Shown here: positions 49,832 through 55,709 of the stretch, in pieces | Layout of the letters: the number at the start of each line of letters is the position of its first letter | Position numbering within the stretch: position 1 is the stretch's first letter | Origin: Atractiella rhizophila | Taxonomy: Eukaryota | Direction: 5' to 3' | Assembly: GCA_021432655.1 (NCBI GenBank) | Contig: MU271364.1 | Location: forward strand, 26,331 to 82,039 | DNA: 55,709 bases | The notes under the pieces: model-generated | The model's input: only the letters and a program-made list of their open reading frames with translations | Database searches by the model: none | What the model was told of the DNA's origin: nothing | Position numbers and translations under genes: made by a program

Positions 49832-50937
49832 TCCAACAAGAGATATGGCCCTCAGCCCAAAGAGCCATCAGCTTTTATGGTTTCTCGGAAGCTATCTCCA
49901 GATCTTGCACTTTCTGCACCTTCAGATTCAATAATTCCAGTCAGCTTCGGGGAGCGTGGTATTAAAGTTGACATCGTCTGATTTAGCTTGTTTGGATGTA
50001 ATAAAGTAGTATTTGGTTCTCATGTGCTGACTACTTCACAAACCAAAGGCGTGCCATCGTTTCGAATTTTCACTTGATTTTGGGCAGGGAACATTCCTAG
50101 CTAGTGGTCCACTTACTGTAGGTTTTTCTTACGAATATCTCACATCTGTGAATCACGTGGTGCCATGGACACTACAATGCTGAGCATTTCACATTCTGAG
50201 CTAATCTTGAAGCCGAAAAGTCCCGAATCTTAAAGAACAAAGAACTGGCTTGCCATGTCTGGCAGCACGCGACAGGACCTATTTTTCAATGTTCTCGCAA
50301 TTTTCAGGCTTCGAAAGAGGCAAGAAGAGCCTTTATGAACTCTGAGATCACGGTTCCTTCCCTTCTTGGCAAGGAGTTGGATCAATGTCGCTTCAGATCT
50401 TCACCTTCGCCCGTGTCCTCTGACTAACTACACGTCCTCATCGACAATGGGTTTGTTTAGGTACCTTAGTGATTCTTCGACCAATTTGGATCAATCCAGC
50501 TGCAATAAAGACACACCGATCTCCCCATCGAAAAGTGCGCCACGTGTTTTAGTGGAGCTTCTACCAAACTTATTGCAGCATAAAGAAAGAGCGAGGCTTC
50601 TGATGAAGCACGGAATTGGAAAACTACCTGGCACAGACCGACTGTTCAGGATCGAGACACAGACTAGCGTTTGGATATTTGTACCTCAAACCATGAGAGC
50701 AAGTCTGCTTCTTAGTCTACAGTGACGTTTAGGGCTTCATCACAGCGAAAGGAAAGGGGAATGCAGGAAGGTGGTAAAAATACACTGTAAGTTGCATAAC
50801 AACTCTGTAGTTCACACAACAACCGAATCGAGCAAATCGATTTAACTTGAATATCGAATCCTCTCTGGATCAGCTAATAAGAAAGGAATTTCAGTTGGAA
50901 TAGATAGTACCCATGCCATGTCTAAATAATCGATCCA

Positions 50938-53004
50938 TCAACGTCGTCCCATGACGGCCCCTCCACCTGCGAGGGAGAGCACTGTCTTCTTTTTCTTCTT
51001 CCGTCCTTTCTTGTCTTTGTCCTCTACCACTTGTTCGACTGCTTTCGACACTAGATCAATATCGCTGCTCTGGGGGGAGAGAAGGGCAAAAGAGACGTAC
51101 ACAGTACATTATCTTCTAAAGTCCTCCAAGCAGCCTCCAACTCTTCCCTTCTTCTCCTCCTCTCCCTTAATTCATCATCCTCTTCCTCTCTCCCCCTCAG
51201 CTCTCCTCCTTGAACAACAATCGATGATACTGGGACGGCTCTAGTTCCCCAAACGGTCGTTGGTCCTCCATCTTCCGTCTGTGGCTCGGTCCTTCTAGGC
51301 AATTGAACGAACTGTTTTTCGTCATCCACCCTGGGACCATCGAACCCAACCCCATCATCGGGCAGGAGGCTAGGAAGCCCATTCCATATCCGATCAAGCC
51401 ATCCTTCCTCGTCTGCCCGATCCTGACTTCTCATCGCTGCTTCCTTCTCCTTCGCTTTCTGCCTCTTCTCTTCTGCACGCATCCTTTCTTCTCTTCTCGT
51501 CCTCCTCTGTACCCTCTCCAATTCATCACCAGCAATCTCCACAAATCCGACTTCGCTAGTAAGCGCAGTACCACCTCCAAGCCACTTGTAACGTCGCCTG
51601 CTGTCTTCACCGACAGAAAGCCATTCGACATGTTCGACGGGCACGGAAATTTCAAGCGGGAGGGGTTGAGAGTCGGCTTGTTCCTTGACAAGACGATAAT
51701 CGAGAGGGGAGAGATAGAGCGGCTCGCCACTCGCGGCCTGATAGAAGTTGTAAACGGTCTGCTTCTCGACTGGAGTTACAGCTCCTTCGCTCCGGGTATC
51801 GAAGTCGTTCTTCTTCCTACCCCACTTTCCAGGCGTCCCTCCAACTACTGGTATCGATTTATCAGGCAGAACATCCCACGTTCCCATCTCCACATCATTT
51901 ATCACCCGTGCTATTTCCCGCTCAACCTTCGCTCGCACTCGATCAACGAAACCACGTTCAATGCTATCGCCTGATGCCTCCTTGTCCAACTGATTCAAGT
52001 CCTCTATATCTCTTCGTAAAGACGAGAGGTAATAATCTGACGTTGCTATCGCGAATTTGGAAAATTTCAAGGCATCGGCATTCGAAGTTGTCAGCTCCAG
52101 TGCGAGCTGAGCGGTTGAGATGGGTTCACACTCTGCAGATGATTGAGTGGGAGTGGGGAGAGAGACCGTCCGAGTACTGGAGCGGGACATTAAGCGCATC
52201 CGTAGGATACCCATCAGACGTTTCGTCGAGTCAGCGCTGACTGTTTCTGAAGGAGGGGACCCAGCCGTCAGCGAGGGATCGTCATAATCCCAAAATCGGA
52301 CGCTCTTCAACTCTCGTGCCCAAATGCCTTCGCCGCAGACGGGGCAGGGTTGATACTTGTTGTCGCGCTGAGTCGGACCGTAAGAATGTTCTGAGAGCTC
52401 AAGAAAATGCAAGATGCAAGGGTAGCCTGGTTCATCTGCGGTTCAATCTCTAATCTGGAGGAAAGTGAAGGAACAAACAGTATGTGTGACCGCAGCGTGC
52501 CATGCGTGCTGGCAACAAAACATCAAGACCTCCTCAGGAAAGTGTCGTTTGAGCTTACCTGACCGAGGAACTTCCAAGCAGATGGGGCAATTGGGATGCC
52601 CACCATTCCTTCCAGACAATTCAACTGGCCCATGCGTCTGCGTGGGAGGAAGAGTGTGTAGTGAAGAATTGATGGGTAACACAATCTGCAAGATGTCGTT
52701 CCAAGGAATAGGCACATCTGCATCTCGAATATAAATCGCTGGATCTTGAATCATGGCAAAGCCGTCATTTCATGTCATCATCCCATGCGGAAGCATAGGA
52801 CTCACTGAAATTCGGCCGGACTATGAATCTGTGTTGCACTATACATAATCAGTCAGCTTTGGTTGTTGAACATGATGAGGAATGGTCTTGGCTTACCGTG
52901 AACATAGCGTTCTTTATTGAAGGGCAAAGCCTTGAATGATGGACCGCCAGTCGAACGCTTGTATTCTACTCGAGAAGCAGAGGATGAAGAGGCCCTTCCC
53001 TTCC
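50938..53004 (-). CDS. RNF10/Mag2-like C3HC4 RING E3 ligase; 5' end not resolved
   Basis: FNKERYVH|..HRFIVRP; IPWNDILQIV; CPICL...ARMARCGHTY|CYPCILHFL...CPVC; FYQAASGEPLYLSPLD; C-terminal GRKKKKKTVLSLAGGG. Confidence 0.9.
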
Positions 53005-54137
53005 CTATAGACTCACACCTCCTTAAGCATCTCAGACTAGTGTTTCAAACAGGTAGATAGTGTAAAAGACCGTATAACTACTCTGGTACAGTGACATCGG
53101 ACATTGTCGCGTGAAGATGGAGGGAGGAAGATAAAGGCTTCGTCCTCTGAAGTAAGGGACAGGGATGGTATAGTTGGGGATGATAGCAATGGAGAGGAAT
53201 GAACCTGAGAAGTAGCTAGCTAACCAGCCTAAACAGACCTGCCATGATTGAGATGAGGAAGTGGGACCTTCGTACCCTTCTCCACAGGAGCGACGCTCAA
53301 ACCATCCTAATCGACCACAAACCACCTCGCCGACCTACCCTCAACACTCGCGATCTAAATACCCTAAGGATCCTATAATTCAAGTCTTCCCGCTTCTACC
53401 TTCGTCATCTACGACTTCGAAAACCTGCAACGGAACGCGATTGACGACTGAAATGTAAAACGCCTAAGCGGAGCACCTTGACAACAGTATAAAGGAGGTG
53501 CTAAAGAATACGGAGTTAAACATGAGATACTGGTACAAAGTACATACACTGCTTTATCTGACCTAATTACGGCGTAACTAAGGATTCTAAATTCCACGGC
53601 TTTCGTATAACGTTAGCTCAGCAACGAAGTCAACGTTTTGGTTTGGTGCTTCCCTCGAGGGAAGGGTAGAAATTACGGGTGTCTTGGACGGTTGCGATGT
53701 AGATACTGTGAGCCGCCAGGTCCTGGTGGGTTAAGAGAATGGAACAGTAGGGAAAGACGGTTGTCGTTGCCGTTACCGTTGCGGTAGCATAGTAGAGGCA
53801 GATTGAGTTCTGGTGGGAGCGTCGTCCCCGTCGGTTCTTACTCCTCAACCCGACCTTTCCCACCTTCTTCCTTATTAGAGATACTCCCTTGTTTAAACTT
53901 AGTACATACAAAGAGAGTAGCGTTTACTGCACTCCAGAACGTCGCTCACAATGTATTACGCGCTATTCGGAAAACGGAGCGAAAGATCTGTGTCACCATG
54001 ATACCATAAAGATGACGTGTAAGAGATAAAATCAAGGTGACTTAGACAAACCTAACCTGCTACTCGAGTAGTTAACTGAAGACAGGGTGGACGGGTGCAA
54101 GGTCGAAGAGCCGAAGTCAGAATGGGGAGCTTCACCG

Positions 54138-54388
54138 NNNNNNNNNNNNNNNNNNNNNNNNNNNNNNNNNNNNNNNNNNNNNNNNNNNNNNNNNNNNNNN
54201 NNNNNNNNNNNNNNNNNNNNNNNNNNNNNNNNNNNNNNNNNNNNNNNNNNNNNNNNNNNNNNNNNNNNNNNNNNNNNNNNNNNNNNNNNNNNNNNNNNNN
54301 NNNNNNNNNNNNNNNNNNNNNNNNNNNNNNNNNNNNNNNNNNNNNNNNNNNNNNNNNNNNNNNNNNNNNNNNNNNNNNNNNNNNNNNN
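54138..54388. other. Assembly gap (251 N)
   Basis: Run of n. Confidence 1.
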
Positions 54389-54934
54389 ACTTCCCCTCTC
54401 AAGCCTCCATTTCTGACAAAAATCAATAAAGCGGTGCCACCGATGATTTCACGTGCTAGTAGGGAGTAGGTGTACGGCTCGAAAGATTGGATGGTGTCTA
54501 GTATCCGTTCGCCGTGCAGGTGGAGGGCCGGTTTGGTGAAACCAGCGAGTGCCAGAGGCAGGGGAAGGACTTCTCTGTCGGTGACGTGACATCTCAGATT
54601 TGGTTCATTCATAAGAGAGGCGAGAGAAGAAGACGAACTGGAAACCGACAGCCAGAATGTCGGGTGGGGATTCTCCTTTACTCTTTTAGAATGGATTAGG
54701 CAAATACCTGCACTCTTCAGGGGATGGTGACGCACCTTAGAAAGTGTTGGGACAAGCCAGGAGTGCAGGTCACGGGTAGTCTTCCCTAGATTCCCATTGT
54801 ACCTGACCAGCATAAAACCCATCCAAAAAGTCAGTCGATCAATAAATAATAATGGCACAGTGGAATATAAGTGAAAAAAGAAGAATAGGGGAGTTGCCGT
54901 ACGTCGCGCACTGAACATGAATTCCCTCCTTCAT
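54389..54934 (-). CDS. Inositol polyphosphate 5-phosphatase, 5' part; runs into the gap
   Basis: MKEGIHVQCAT|YNGNL..DLHSWLVP...PPDILAVGFQ|EVLPL...YSLLAREIIGGTALLIFVR matches the TxN, PDIxxxGFQE and YxLL..LLIFVR motifs of the family. Confidence 0.8.
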
Positions 54935-55322
54935 TTCTTTACTTCCTTTAGAGTACGTGTCACTTTATTTTCCTACGCTAAAACCGTGTTGTCAATGAAT
55001 CTCAGACGAATCGTTGCTGCAAAGCCCGGGGAAGTGGACGTGCAAATTGGACTTGGTTGCAAACAATGTACGTCATTCACCCTGAATTGCCACGTGACTT
55101 GTTACTGAACTTGAACTAGGAGACTGGTTCAGAGACTGGTTGTATAGCATTATTCATACGAAAGTATATTCTTTAGCGCTACTGGCTATCCCAGCCAAAG
55201 TTGCTGTACTCGTTTTAGTGCTCACTATCATCAAGGCTGAAGCATGGACACAAGCATGACACAATCCTTTGAATTCCCTCAGTAAACTCCCACAGATGTT
55301 TTGCACACAAAACTTAAGCAGA

Positions 55323-55709
55323 TTAGTCCCAATATCCAGAAAAAATAGATGGGGAATATTCTCCTCCCTCATTAAAAGTCACTTTGAAGTCTTTTCCATC
55401 GAATATCCAATCTCCTTCCTCCCCGTCTCTCCATGGTTCAAGTACAATCTCTTCACCCCTCTTTGTGCCGTCAACCTGCAGGAGGTCTTGGACAAGCTCG
55501 GTTGTTGCCATATCGCCCCATAACGCTGTCCAACTGAACCAGAATTTCGTACTGCGATCGGCGACAAATCTGGAGCGAGAGGATAGGAAAGAGTGTATGT
55601 CTTCGTGGACAAAATAGCAGCACGCAACGGAGAGGAGAGTGAGAGAGGGACAGGAAAGTCTTTGAAGGAAATGGGGCGAAACGAGATTCGAGGTTTCGTT
55701 TGTCCCATC
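55323..55709 (-). CDS. 3' end of a paralog of the 40326-42172 F-box-like gene
   Basis: SNLVSPHFLQRLSCPSLTLLSVACCYFVHEDIHSFLSSRSRF..TKFWFSWTALWGD...FKVTFNEGG..SGYWD* aligns with TNLISPHFLRHLHCPTLQLLTIACCYLVYEDVLNFLSSRAQF..TKFWFSFTPLWGD...FRVTFNEGG..SGVWD*. Confidence 0.85.
   Translation of the reverse strand, partial: DGTNETSNLVSPHFLQRLSCPSLTLLSVACCYFVHEDIHSFLSSRSRFVADRSTKFWFSWTALWGDMATTELVQDLLQVDGTKRGEEIVLEPWRDGEEGDWIFDGKDFKVTFNEGGEYSPSIFSGYWD

Noticed and set aside
50366..50725. 119-aa + strand ORF
   Set aside because: Non-ATG start, no motif and no supporting gene structure.

Overview
Eukaryotic, intron-dense fungal genomic DNA, probably a basidiomycete judging by the gene repertoire and the very short (~40-60 nt) introns; the species cannot be fixed from sequence alone. 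The ORF track is fragmented by introns, so I rebuilt gene models by hand. About 25 protein genes are present. Recognisable ones: 3' end of an M1 aminopeptidase, SERP1/RAMP4, RBBP4/Hat2-type WD40, FMP42-like MFS transporter, RPL32, two tandem cold-shock-domain (CSD) genes, an APC permease, RIX1, a PAS-kinase-like kinase, DUF423/TMEM256, importin-9/KAP114, RNF10/Mag2-like RING ligase, an inositol 5-phosphatase cut by an N gap, and three F-box-type genes. There are also several orphans. Three tandem duplications (235 bp, 246 bp, ~1.35 kb) and a 251-N gap look like assembly or haplotype artefacts. Best leads: the CSD pair in a gene-poor island, a 769-aa mitochondrial orphan with an internal second cleavage motif plus an AT-hook, and two introns ~10x longer than usual that contain hairpins. 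I found no tRNA, rRNA, CRISPR array or intact transposon.
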